Position numbers and translations under genes: made by a program. 64,000 bases of DNA, from assembly GCF_000711695.1 (NCBI RefSeq), contig NW_013547020.1:62001-126000 (forward strand), given 5' to 3'. The notes under the pieces are model-generated. The model searched no databases, had not been told where the DNA came from, and was given only the letters and a program-made list of their open reading frames with translations. This document shows positions 36,870-49,575 of this stretch, one piece after another. The number at the start of each line of letters is the position of its first letter. Position 1 is the first letter of the stretch. The DNA comes from Tilletiaria anomala UBC 951. Lineage: Eukaryota.

Positions 36870-39413
36870 ATGGATCAGTCCCTCATTAGTGAGTGAAATG
36901 CCGTTGCATGACTGCCATCCATGCACGATAAAGGCTGACAGGTGTACCCCTTCCACTCTTTTGCAGAGCTCGTAAACAGGGTAAGGCGTTTACTATGGTT
37001 TCGCATGCGTGACATCAGCGCGCGTTCACTCACCAATCACTTGTCCCGTCCTGCTTAGCTGCAAGATGCCTTCAATACAGTGCGTATTCAAGAAGAAGGA
37101 TCATATTCAGGATGCCTGCGCTGACACCCTTTGATTCGTCCAATCCCCCAGGTCGGCATCCAGAACCCAATCGACTTGCCACAGATCACAGTCCTTGGCA
37201 GTCAATCGTCAGGCAAGAGTTCCGTCTTGGAGAACATTGTCGGACGAGACTTCTTGCCGCGAGGAACAGGTATCGTCACTAGGCGCCCTCTCGTGCTGCA
37301 GCTGATCAACCGACCAGCAGGTGGGGTTGAGGCCAAGCCAAATGGAGCCGCAGAGAGTGCGTCGGATCCCGCGCCGATTTGATCTCAGCACCTGAATCTG
37401 GTCTTTGTGCTAACAACGCCTGCCGTTTCTGTTCATTCTGTAAAGCTCTCACCCCGGCAAGTCGTCCTGGCGAGACGAACCCAGACGAATGGGGCGAGTT
37501 CCTGCATCTGCCTGGCGAAAAATTCTTTGATTTTGAGAAGATTCGGGAGGAGATCGTCAGGGACACCGAGCTCAAGACGGGGAAAGGCGTCGGTATCAGC
37601 CCTCAACCGATCAACCTACGCATTTACAGTCCCAATGTCCTCACGCTCACACTCGTCGACTTGCCTGGTCTCACAAAGGTGCGAGCGTGTCCAATGGCCT
37701 CGCCTTTATCAGAGGCCGATGGGGTGTTGACCAGATTCGGTTGCTTCCTGCAGGTGCCTGTCGGAGATCAGCCGAAGGATATCGAAAGGCAGATAAGGGA
37801 TATGGTCATGAAGTACATTTCCCGTCCCAATGCTGTCATTCTTGCTGTTACTGCCGCCAATACTGACTTGGCCAACTCTGACGGGCTCAAGCTTGCACGA
37901 GAGGTGGACCCTGAGGGCCTTCGGACCATCGGCGTTTTGACTAAGGTAGATCTGATGGACCAGGGAACGGATGTCATCGACATTCTCTCAGGGCGCGTCA
38001 TTCATCTACGCTTGGGCTATGTTCCGGTCGTCAACCGAGGTCAGAGGGATATTGACTCGAAAAAGAAAGTGTCCGCGGCGCTGGAGGCCGAGAAGGAGTT
38101 CTTCCAGTCGCATCCAAGCTACCGGCCGAAGGCGCAGTACTGCGGCACACCTTATCTCGCTCGTCGGCTCAACACGATCCTCATGCACCACATCCGCAAC
38201 ACGCTGCCGGACATCAAGCAAAAGATCGGCGCGCAGCTTACCAAGTTCCAGACGGAGCTGCAGGGTCTTGGCGGTCCGCTTGGAGAACAGAATTCGAACA
38301 ACGTTATCCTGACCATCATCACCGAGTTCTGCAATGAATTCAGGTCAGTCATCGACGGCAACAGCAACGATCTCAGCGTCAATGAGCTGGCTGGTGGCGC
38401 GAGGATTAGCTTCGTCTTCCACGAGCTGTTCAACAATGGCGTCAGGAGTGTTGATCCTTTCGACCAGGTTAAGGACTCGGACATTCGCACCATCCTGTAC
38501 AACTCCTCTGGTTCGTCCCCCGCGCTCTTTGTTGGGACCACCGCCTTCGAGGTGATCGTCAAGCAGCAGATTAAACGCCTGGAGGAGCCGAGTCTCAAGT
38601 GCGCGCAGCTGGTCTACGACGAGCTCGTGCGCATCCTGTCGCAGCTGCTCGCGAAGAACCAGTCGTTCCGCCGCTTCCCGCAGCTTCGAGAGAAATTCAA
38701 CACGGTCGTCATCGCGTTCTTCAAGTCGTGCATGCAGCCGACGACGAAGCTGGTGTCGGATCTGATCAACGCCGAGTCATCATACCTCAACGTCGCCCAC
38801 CCCGACTTCATCTCGGGCCAAAAGGCCCTGGCGATCGTCAATGAAAGGTACAACCCGACCGCACCGGCACCGGCGCCCGCCGATCCGAAGAAGGGCGGCG
38901 CGCCTGCCGTGCCGACGCATCCGCACGCCGCCGAGTATGAGAAGGAGCACAACCAGGGCTTCTTTGGCAGTTTCTTTGCACGCGGACAGCAGAACAAGGC
39001 GAAGCTTGCCGCGATGGAGCCGCCGCCCTCTTCGCTGAAGGCTCAGGGCACGCTGAGCCAGCGCGAGCAGTCGGAGCTGGACGTGATCAAGCTGCTGGTT
39101 ACGTCGTACTTCAAGGTTGTGCAGAAGACAGTGTGCGACCTGGTCCCCAAGGCGATCGTGTACGAGCTTGTGAACAAGTCAAAGAGCAACATGCAGGCAG
39201 TATTATTGCAGGAGCTCTACGCCTCTGCCGCTGTTGAGGAGTTGATGCGGGAGAGCGACCATGTTAAGATGAGGAGGAGCGAGTGTCTCAAGATGGTGCG
39301 TTCGCTTCGTTCCCGGTGGATGTCAGATTTGGGGGGGGACGCTCTGACATTATTTTATTTTTCCCCAGATCGGAGCCCTGGAGAAGGCGTCGGAAATCAT
39401 TGCGACTGTCTGA
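36870..39413 (+). CDS. VPS1: Dynamin-related GTPase Vps1
   Basis: Microexons 36870-36888, 36967-36980 and 37059-37079 give MDQSLIKLVNRLQDAFNT, followed by [65 protein letters not shown] and a GED ending [12 protein letters not shown]. Confidence 0.93.
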
Positions 39414-41427
39414 AAACGCCCAGAGGAGAGGAAGAGGAGACATTGGGGCACATCCCCGCTCTCGCACGTGCGTATCGGCTCGACTCTGACTCTACGATGA
39501 ACATCTTTCACCATAGAAGGAATGATATGTGATGGCATGCGCTGTTACAAACAGGCACGAATGGTTGTACCAATGCTGTGTTTTATCTAAGATCTAAGAA
39601 GTGACATGCACGCGTCGCAAGTTGCAATGCACTCCAGCCTTTGATGCTCGATGCTTGAGGTCAGGACGAAGTCCTACATGGATGCACTGCGGAGTGCGAC
39701 CTTTCTCAGCGCCCGGACCCTCTTCAGGGTATCTCGCGACAGCCCCAGCTCGCCAGGGAGAGCTGCGAGACCGTTTTGCAACATGATGAGCCTCACGCTG
39801 AGAAGACTGTTCTCGAATCGCCCGTATGCCTGGCAGCAATCTTGGAGACGACGGGTGGGTCATTCGTGCATTGCTGCCGAGCTGGTGAGACGGAAGTTCT
39901 TGGCATCAGGCTCAATGCCTTGCAAAGTATGCTTCCTTGCATCATTCTAGCTTAAATGATCCTGCAATGGTATGCAGCTGGTAGCACGGCGTATCGAAAA
40001 CGATGCTAGCATCGACAGCAGCAGCAATTTGAATCGCAGAACGGTGGGCCCAGTGAATCGCACCTCTAAACATGCCAGCACACCAGAAGCTTTCGGATGC
40101 TTTGATGCGTCGATGGCCGATACGCAAGATATCTAGGTCGGGCTGTCCGTGTATGAAGAGAAGGACTCTTCATTCAGAAGCTCTTTTCAAGAACTCATCT
40201 CCGCCGTTCGGCATCTCTGACGAACCGAGAGATTATGATTAGCGATGAGCTGGCTGCCGATCTTTCCACGTTTCGACGTCCTCCAATTTCTTCGAGTTGC
40301 AGCGATGAGCTTGAAGGCCAGCCGAAGGCCGAAGACGGCCAACGAATGTCAACAGACGCCCGACTCGTGCACTGTCTTCAATCCGATGCCCAGATGCGCC
40401 GACAAGACGGTTAGCCACGTATCTCGTACATAGGGCCTGTCGATCGCGTGTATATCAAGGCTCAAGCAGCACACTCGCAGAGCCTGGCGGTGCCCGCGAC
40501 GTTCAATTGGGGCATGGCATCAATGGCCAGCAATATGCTACACATTGCTGCCAAGTGTCGACTGTCGAGGCAGTGAAGGAGGAACCGCGATATGTAAACC
40601 AAATGCGGTCGGCCAGGGAGTGTGCGCGAAAGGAACGGTTCAAAGGAGATGAAGCCAATGTCCGGCTGGACAAATCCGACAGTAGGAGAAGAGGAGGAGC
40701 GGATATCAAAGGCGCTAGTGAAGGGACGATTACGGGATGTGTGGATATTGTCGCGGAGTTCTGCTCTGATGAAATAAAACGACATGCAGCCACTGCAGCC
40801 TTCAATGCCAGGCAAACTGACAAAGTGAGCAGCGCTCCATATGCTCGTGTGTAGAGCCTTCCAGAGGCTTCCGGCAATGGCGCCGATCTCTCAAGATTGG
40901 ATACTTGCCCACGTGCATAGTCAAGGCAAAATGCACGTGGGCACGAGGGGCACCAGCAACCAGCCGCTAGTAAAGCCACGAAAATCAGCGTTGAGTCGCC
41001 TAATGCGGGATCCGGAGATGCGGCTCTGTCGGGGCTTGAAATAAATTCCATCAAAGGGGCAGAGCGGCGCAAAGCCCTGCGCTTTGCTCCACAAAGCATG
41101 TTGACCTTTTTTGCCGCGACGCACTGGCCAGGCAGTAGAGCACTTTGCAGCTACTCGAGTACGCTCAGATGTTTTTTTATATTCTTGCTGGCCGGTAACC
41201 ATGCGCAGCTTGGCAAACGCGCGGATGTACTTTGCAACTGTCTGTGGCTTCACTCTCTCGCTAACAAACAAACACCCTACCTCCCTTGCGATGGAACCGT
41301 GCCCGGCCAAGCCTCTTTTCACCTCCCCAAGACTCAAGCCTCCTCTTCGTACGTATGTGTAGGACGGTCGCTGGTCTCCTTCTCTGGGTCAAGGTGATGG
41401 ATGGGCGCTGGATGCTAAACTTCGGCG

Positions 41428-41444
41428 TACATACATACATACAT
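41428..41444. repeat. (TACA)n microsatellite
   Basis: tacatacatacatacat. Confidence 0.7.
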
Positions 41445-42117
41445 CATGACAACCAGAAAGTGGGCCGAGCCAGGGAGGGGACTGGGGAGCTCCAGCAAGT
41501 CCAAATCCAATGTCATGCAGCTTCGAGATGCCAGAAGAGGAACAGGCCCAGAACGCAGGCGCCAGCGCAAGGCGAACGGAGCATGGGCGCCTCCCGTCTG
41601 ATAGCATCGCCCAGAAAGAACGAGAGGAGCGCGGAATGATAGGGCGGCATTCTACATACTGTATGTAGTGCAGTGCACACTGCAACAATTCGCCCGTCAA
41701 CACTCGACTGGTGCTTGGAAGTGAGATGGAGATCCACCGCTGCTTCACTCTCATCTCGTGTGGGGAGAGAGAGAAAGGGTTTCTCTCTCTTTGGGTCCGC
41801 TCACATTCACCTCTTCTCCATCCTCCATCTGTCACCTTCCCGACTAACCATTACCATCCTTTGCCATGCCATTGCCTGCTCATCAGCCGTCTATTCCATC
41901 CTTTCCTCTTCCGCTCCCCGTACATCTTACCATCGTCCTTCCTTGCTCCGTCTAGAGTCTGCATCATTGCAGCATACCCACATTCTTTTCGAATCATTCC
42001 ACAGTTTTGACACGCCGACCCGCTGACCTTGCGCAGCCGTCGACATCTTCCCGCCCCGCCCCTGCTTCTACCACCTGCAACGCTTCTCAACACCTTCACC
42101 TCCGTCCACCCGCAACC

Positions 42118-43246
42118 ATGGTCAGTCTTCGCGCCCTCACCTTCGCCCTCGCGCTGGCCTCCAGCGCACTCGTCGCAGCCAAGCCGACCGCAGACGGCCA
42201 GTGTGACAGTGACAACATGTGCGACAAGTCTTCGCCGTGCTGCTCCTCGGCTGGCTACTGCGGCAAAGGCTCCGGGTACTGCTTGGCCGGTCAGTCCTGT
42301 TCTGCCGCCCGGGAACGCATCCCTTCTCGCTGTGGGTGCTGACGACAGATGACTTCTGGCTGTTGGGGTTTTTTCACTGCGTTTAGGATGCAACCCGTAC
42401 GGCTCGTTCGCATTCAACTCGTGCGCGGCGATGCCGCGCTGCAAGTCGCAGCACATCTCGTTCAAGAATAGTGCCACGCCATGGGTCGCGCTTGACTCAT
42501 ACAATGGCAACCCAGCGACCGCCCCACTAACGCTCGACAGCGGCACGCTCCACGCGGGCGCGGCGGGGGCGAGACTGCGCGTGACGAAGAATGGCGACGC
42601 CGCGGGAGGTACAATGCTGTCGACGACCCGGTACATGTACTACGGCTCCGTGACGGCTCGCATGCGCCACGACGCGCAGAACGGCATCGTCAATGCGCTC
42701 ACGCTGATGAGCCCGACAGGTGACGAGGTCGATATTGAGATGACGACAAGCTCGCCGCAGAGCTACCAGACCACCTGGTTCTGGAACGTCGTCGAGGAGG
42801 GTTGGACGTGGCCGGGCAACGGGATGCAAACCCCGGCCTACTTGCCCGCTGGCTTTGACGGCCGCGACTGGCACGACTACACGATTCAGTGGACGCCAAC
42901 GTCGCTAACATGGAAGCTTGACGACAGCGTCATCCGCGTCGCACAGCGCAGCAACTCCTTCAAAAACGGCGTCTACCAGTACCCCGCGACGCCGTCGCGC
43001 GTCCAGATCTCCATCTGGAACGCCGCGCTCGCCGCGCCAAGCACCAAGGCCTGGGCCGGCGGCGATCCAGACTGGAGCCAGGCGAACAAGGCGGGCGCCT
43101 TCAACATCCACATCGCCAGCCTCAACATCACGTGCGCCGACCCGAGCAGCCTGAGTAACGGCCAAGCGTACGATTTCTCCACCGCGATCGACAGTCAGTC
43201 CGGTGAGCCGAAAGTCATCACTACCAATCGCAAAACGACGGTGTAA
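42118..43246 (+). CDS. Secreted GH16 chitin transglycosylase (Crh/Utr2-like) with N-terminal Cys-rich chitin-binding-like module; 2 exons
   Basis: Signal peptide MVSLRALTFALALASSALVAA; SPCCSSAGYCGKGSGYCLAG|CNP (intron 42290-42386); STTRYMYYG; catalytic DEVDIE; WHDYTIQWTP; YPATPSRVQISIW; WAGG. Confidence 0.9.
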
Positions 43247-44027
43247 ACCGTCCCGAATCCGTTCTGTTCTGTTGCTCCCCTCCCCCTCTTCGACCCACAC
43301 ACCTACACTCGCTCTTTCACTTTTGCTTGCGGCTTTTGTCCTTTGACTTGGCATTTTCATTCGCCGCCCGTCGCCCGCTGCTCCATGTTCTTTTCTTGGC
43401 CTGGCACCCTCTCCGGACTCTGTCTCTCTCACTGTCACTCGCGTTCTCCCACCTAGATGACGCGCTATGCTGTGCACCGGACTTGTTTTGATTCCTTGGA
43501 ACGCATGGGTATGCGCTGGAATATGATATCTTTTACATACCCCTTTCTCAATCCCGAGGGTGCGCCCAGTTCTTTGTCTCGTGGCAGGACTCGCTCTGGA
43601 GGGTGTGGATCGGCAGTGATTGCACGGCACTGCTTCTGGAAAATGACATTGGCGTGTGGCAGGCGGCTCAAAAACGCAAGTACTGCCTGCATGTATGTAC
43701 GCATGTGCTCCTTGATGTCTGGGTCGGGAGCCGTGCAAAATGGCCGAGTCCTCAGCGCAGCGCACCCACCCCTGCAGCAGGTGTCTCCTTTCTTCCTCTC
43801 TCTCCTGACTGTGCAGCAGATCCGGCTCGTTCGCGGAGTGCCTGGAGAGAATGCAGCTGAAAGAAGAGTTTACCAAATCAGCTAATGAGACCGTTGTCGC
43901 CTGTTGCCCAACGCCCAAGAGCAGACACCGGGGAAGAAGGCCAATGCCGTGCACACGCAGGCTGAAAATCACGCAGCAGGGCAAACTCGGAACGGTACCA
44001 CGACTTCAGCGCCGCTGTGGCCTCGCC

Positions 44028-44041
44028 GGGGGGGGGGGGGG
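44028..44041. repeat. G14 homopolymer
   Basis: Run of 14 G in the GH16-phosphoesterase intergenic region. Confidence 0.85.
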
Positions 44042-44419
44042 ACGACCAGCCTCCCGTCCGGGACATTTGCAACATGTTCACGTGGCAATGTGGGTATCCG
44101 TCGGCAACTCTTCAGCATGGGAGGTGGTCAGCAGCGAACAGCGGGGAGCGATACTACCTTTTTGACGTCCCTTCGTGTCGTTCTGTTCGACGTTGCACCG
44201 GTCAGGCGGGCTTGGGCAGCCGAAAGGAGCCCGCTGACCTGTGCTGATCCAGGATGCGGGTGAACGGAAGACGGATTCATCTCTCGCTTCTCACCCATGC
44301 ACCGTGCTTCTGTTCTGCTTCGTCTCTCGCCAGCCTCAGCAAGCTTTTTGATGCCAGCCTCAGTTGACCATTGACACTTGACGCTGATCATATTCCCCAA
44401 AGAGCACTACCACCACGAG

Positions 44420-45453
44420 ATGATGTCTACATCGCTCAAGTCTCTTGCAACCCTCGCCTTCGCAGCAGGCCTCGGCCTGAGCACCGACGCCCCGGCCATC
44501 AAGAAGCGCTGCACGCGGCCTACGAAGGCCAAACTGGGCAAGTCGTTCGACTGTGCACTTATCTTTTTCTTTGAGAAAGAGGTGTGCCTGGCGGCCTAGA
44601 CCTGCTTGCGCCATGGAGCATACCAACACCCGAGGCGGTGACTGCTCTTTGGGAGAATTGACTCACTCTCTCGTCCCCTCTTGTTCCCCTCGTCCAGGAT
44701 CGCTCGAGAGTGACGGCGGACCCAAACTTTCACGGCGACGAAAAAGAAGGGCATTTGCCCACTGCAAGTATCTCGTGCTGGCGCACCCGTCGCAGCCCAA
44801 GTACATCAGTTACGTCTCGGGTAGCACGGCGGTGCGTGATGAACGACTCCAGTGTCAACTTTACGCGCGTGTTGTTCGCTGATGAGCTCGAGGCGGCCGC
44901 ATCAGCTGTGGCGCCTACGCCGAGGCCCTCGACAGCGGCTGCGACACGGCGGCGCGTGTGGGAGCGTACGTGTGCAAGCACAAGCAGTTAATCAGCTTCA
45001 CGAGCATCTCAGGCAACCAGACGCGCTGTTTGCCCTACATCAAGTCCGTCTCAGCGCTCGCGGACGAAATCGCGAATGAGCAGGTGCCGCAATTCGCCTT
45101 CTTCGCGCCCGACCTGCTCAACGACAGTCACAACACCAACACGTACGCCGGCAAGTGGCTTGGCGGCTTCTACAGCAAGTACGAGCGCTTCTTCACCGGC
45201 ACTAACACCGTGTTCCACCTCGTTTTCGACGAGACTGGGTCGTACACCACCGCCAACAGCGTCTATAGCGTCATGTTTGGTGGCACCGTTGACAGCTCCA
45301 AGGTCAGCACGACGGACGCCAGCCAGCACATACACGCATTACTCGATGCTCAAGACCGTCGAGCAGAACTGCGGGCGCAGCTCGCTTCAGAGCGCCAACG
45401 CCAACGCCGTGCCCTTCGCAGGTACCACGCGCCACACCCAGCTGTGCGGCTGA
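44420..45453 (+). pseudogene. Frameshifted secreted phosphoesterase/acid phosphatase (phosphoesterase family) pseudogene
   Basis: Signal peptide, intron 44582-44697, then family motifs scattered over alternating frames: ADPNF / HPSQPKY / YVCKHKQL / PDLLNDSHNT / LVFDE / YTHYSMLKTVEQN. Confidence 0.8.
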
Positions 45454-45688
45454 AATCTCGAAAAACGCGGGCAAAACAGTGTTTAGACGTATCTCCTTCA
45501 ATGTTCTGAAATAAAATCCCTTTACAAATACAGGTGTGCATAAAGTACAAGCCCGGCCAAGTTAGCCAATTCTACCGCATGCTACAATGCTACTTTGAGG
45601 AATCACCGTCTGCACAGCAGCAGACACCCAAAACAAATACACTCCAAGTGAAACGTGATCACCGTGATTCTGACGGTCGGAAAGCACC

Positions 45689-48270
45689 TCACACACGAGC
45701 TGAAGCATGCATGTGACCGCTGAGGGAAGTCATACTGTCGCTCGACAGACGCGTGCGCTTCTCCGGGTGGGTACCAGCAGCGGCAGGGGCGCCGCCGTCG
45801 TTGAGCATGAACGGCTTGGCGAGGTAGCCGTCGCGCGGGCTGTCGCCGCCGTCGTGCGATGAGAGGCTACCAGTTCGCGAGCGCCGCGTTGCGGACAGTG
45901 CGGGCGTAGGCGGTGAGCGACTGCCGTGCCTGTTGTGCGCATCCAAGGCATTGCTGGCGCTGGCACCGTTACCGTTGCTGTACCCATTGCAGATGGGCGA
46001 CAGGCGGAGCGACGTGGTGTTGTGCGACGCGCTGGACGCAGGCGAGAGCCGGAGGGCAGGCAGAGGTGGGAGGAAGAGGCCAGCGGAGGAGTTCGAGGCC
46101 GCCACAGCCGCAGAGTTTGCCGCGTGGGGATTGCGGTGCAGACGGAACGGGCTGGTTGCTGCCCCCGTCGCGTACGAAGCGACGAGAGTCTGGCGCGCGT
46201 CGAGGCCGAGTCCACGCGCAAGGTCATACAGCTGCGCGTCGGTAAGGGCGCCGTAGCGCTGGCGGCACTCGGCAAAGAAGTGCTCGAGCTGCTCGTCGGC
46301 GGCGCGCATCGGCGCCGCCGAGGGTGACCACGCGGCGGCCAGGGCGGGGGGGAAGGCGAAGATACTCGTCGCGCGGCCGGTGGGGCCCATGGCGTCGAGA
46401 ATGAAGGCAATGTTGGTTTGCGCAGCGGTGAGGCCGCTCGACTCACCCGCGACGCGCAGGCTGAGGATCAGGTTGCTCGTCTCGGCGAACAAGTGCATTA
46501 GGGTCCAGCTGGCTAAGATGGGGTCGACGGTGCGCGACTGGGCGAACGCGTCGTGCAGGTCGCGCCGCGTGCGGCGGAGGAGCGCCTCATTGAACAGGAG
46601 CCAGGTAGGCAATTGCTCAGCCCACGCGGCGAGCGCGCTGTGGCCGCTCTCCGACGCGCTGTCGCGGCGGCGGTGCGTGTCGCTTGGCGTGGAAGGGGCA
46701 GCCGCGGGAGAGCGTGCAATGTCCATCGCCTTGCGGAAGACGTCGACGGAGGCGTATAGGTGTAGGAGAGCGAGCGTGGCTTCGTCGTCAGACTCTTGGT
46801 GCTGCTGGAACAGCGCAAAGAAGCGCTCACTCGCGCCGGCCTCGACCGCGGGGGGCTGGCGCGTGAAGACGGCGGCGAGGACGTCAAGGAGGTGCGCGAT
46901 GAGGACAAGACGGCGCAGCATCGAGCCTCTGCGTGGGGGCCGTGGCGCGTTCGTGCTGCCGGAAGCTGGCGAAGCGGCCAGGGGCGAGGACGAGACGCGG
47001 TCCATGCCGTGGAGCGCCAGGAGCCGGCTAGCGGACGCGGCACTGAGGGCTGCGCGCTGGTGGCGGCCGCTGAGCAGGTCGCAAGCGGCGAGCAGGCAGT
47101 GTGCGTGTACAGCGTCCATGCTGACAGCGGCGCCTTCATCATGCGCGTCATGCTCACTGCCAAGCCACAAGAGGTGGCGTACTCGCCAGGCATAGGCGTC
47201 CGACTCGGCGGCCGCCGCGCCTGTGTCGAGGTAGCGCGCGCCGAGGGCATAGATGGAGAGGAGTAGCAGCTCAGATACGTTTCCCGTCTGGAGGTCGCGG
47301 AGGAAGACAACCTCTTCGAGCGCTTGGTTCAGGGGAAAGGCGTATGTGAAAAAGTTGCTGATGAGCTGCATGCTGTGTTCCTTGCTCGGCTCGAGCGGGG
47401 CTGGCACAGATGCCGTGGTGCGGCCGCCGAGTACGGGACTCAAGCCTTCCTGCGAGCGGCTCGACGAGAGTTTGGACGAGGAGGCCACGATGCGTGAGCG
47501 TGCGTGAGCTGGCACTGGGGATGGTGCTGGTACTGTAGCGACGTTGCTGCCTTGTGCTTGTGCTGACGGGTTCATCAACGAGCGTGAATGCACGGAACGA
47601 GCTGTTGGCGTCGGCGGAACAATGTTGCCAGATGCGTCGCTGCAATGTACCATGATCAACAAGGGATATGCAACGTTCGTTCCATGTCAGCGGCAGCGCT
47701 CCTGCAAGCTTTCGACCGGCGGACTGCGACCGGGGCGACTCACGAGTAGCAGCATGTGCGGCCGCTAAAGTCGCAGTTGGAGCATGGCAGGCCGCCGTCA
47801 CAGCGGCGCTTGGCCTTGTGGCATGCGACGCACGCTTTTTGGAGGCGCTTGCGCTTCTTGCCCGTGGCCGAGTAGGCCAGCGTCGACGACTCGTTGGCGG
47901 GCGTTGCTGCTGCTGATGTTGACGGAGCCGACGCTGACCCTGTGGTCGCTTGTGCGAATGCAGCTGCGTACCGGTGGTTGTGTGGGAATAGCGGAGGCTG
48001 ACGGTGGGGTATGGTGCTACCCGGGCCTGACATATCAGACATGCCCCCTTGGCTCATGCCCATCGACGGGAGGGGCGGCGAGTAGTACGGTGTGCTGCCC
48101 GACACGTGCGGGGGCATACCGCGGTGCATCGCATAGGACGAGGAGGAGGCATGTGTGAAGTGGACGGGAGTGTGGTGTGGGTGTGGGTGTGGGTGGCTGC
48201 CTGCTGCATCGAGCGAGCCAAAGGAGGGGACCTCGCTGCCTGCGGGGAGCTGTGAGGTGCGGCCGTTCAT
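45689..48270 (-). CDS. Zn(II)2Cys6 binuclear-cluster transcription factor with fungal TF middle-homology region; 2 exons
   Basis: KRKRLQKACVACHKAKRRCDGGLPCSNCDFSGRTCCYS|DASG (intron 47640-47743), then FFTYAFP and LLLSIYALGARY. Confidence 0.88.
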
Positions 48271-49575
48271 CTTGGGGTGGAGGCGCTGAGCAAGACGTGT
48301 CTGGCAAGAGCATTCAACGACCACCTGGTGAGCGTGAATGGGGATGCTCTCAGGTGGGAAGGATGGCAAAGGGAAAAGACAGGTGGGCCATCAAGCAAGC
48401 AAGCGAAGAAGAACGCGGGAGAATATGTATGTATTGATGATATATATATAATCCTTAGTACCAAGCAAGCTCTCTCTCCCCGGTCAGATGGTGGCAGAGC
48501 ACTCTCAACAAGCCATCTCGCAATCCGTGTGCCTAACCCCCAAGAACTCTTGGCATGCGTGCCACTGGTGTCGCCATCGCCTCCTCTGCTGCAGTGCCCC
48601 TAGATACAAGCACGCACCATCGCACTCACCGCCGGCCAGCACAATGCCAAGCCGCCGGGATGCCTGCTGCTGCCTCCGCTGTCTGCGGGCACTACATGGC
48701 ACGAGCCAGGGTGCCCGCCGCAATGACACATACTCCGCCCTCTGTGTGCGGCCCAGTGCCTCTTCACTAGCGACGTGCCCAGCTTCTGCCGTTCAGCAGC
48801 CCGTGGCCACTGCTATCCCCATAAGTGCTCCAGTGCCCAGTGTCCGTGAGGACGTCTCGTCGGTCTTTCTGTGGCCCCCGGTCAGTAGTAGCGTCACCAG
48901 TTGCTCCCTTCCCACCGACAAGACAGCGCTCTTGGCAGTTGGCTGCGGGGATTCCACGTCGAACCCGCCGCCGCTTTGGGGGAATCGTACCGGTTTCCAC
49001 CGAAAGACCGTGTTTCCTCCACGACCGCAGGGCCGCCGGCCCGCCAAGCCAGGCACTTACTTCTGTACCTGGGCAGGCACAACGTCAGTCTTTCCTTCCG
49101 CCGCCCCAACCATATCCATACCCAGGCTTGCACATCAGCACCAGCGCTTCAGCACGCGCTAACTGGCAAAGTGGAGAAGGCATGTAGCACGCAGTAGACT
49201 CGCCTTCTCACCAGTGCAGTCCCAGCCAGTGCCAGAGACCACCCCCACGGGGTACTCTCTGGTCCCGCATGCTGGTCCAAACCAAAAGTCGCATCTTCAC
49301 TCACTACATTCGACTCTCCACGATGCTTGCAGACAAAAAAGCGACAAGCTCGCATGTGCGGTAAACATTCCCCTTAAACTGCGGACTTTCGCCCGCGACG
49401 CATCACCCCGCCCGACCCCCCCTCCTGTGCCCCTCCCGCCGCGCAGACGAAACGGGGCGTATCGCGTGAAGAATAGTCTTGATCCAAATCAGAGTACAGT
49501 ACAAACAAACATGCCAACACCTCGGGGTCGATCGTGGTCTCCTGCCGCTAGTAGCCCGCACTGTTGCGTCCGGTA

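Noticed and set aside
42905..43984. 359-aa minus-strand ORF overlapping GH16
   Set aside because: No protein-like features; runs through a pyrimidine-rich 3' UTR and antisense GC-rich CDS.
48170..48196. TGTGGTGTGGGTGTGGGTGTGGG resembling Saccharomyces TG1-3 telomeric repeat
   Set aside because: It is the reverse complement of codons for HPHPHPHH in the Zn2Cys6 TF.
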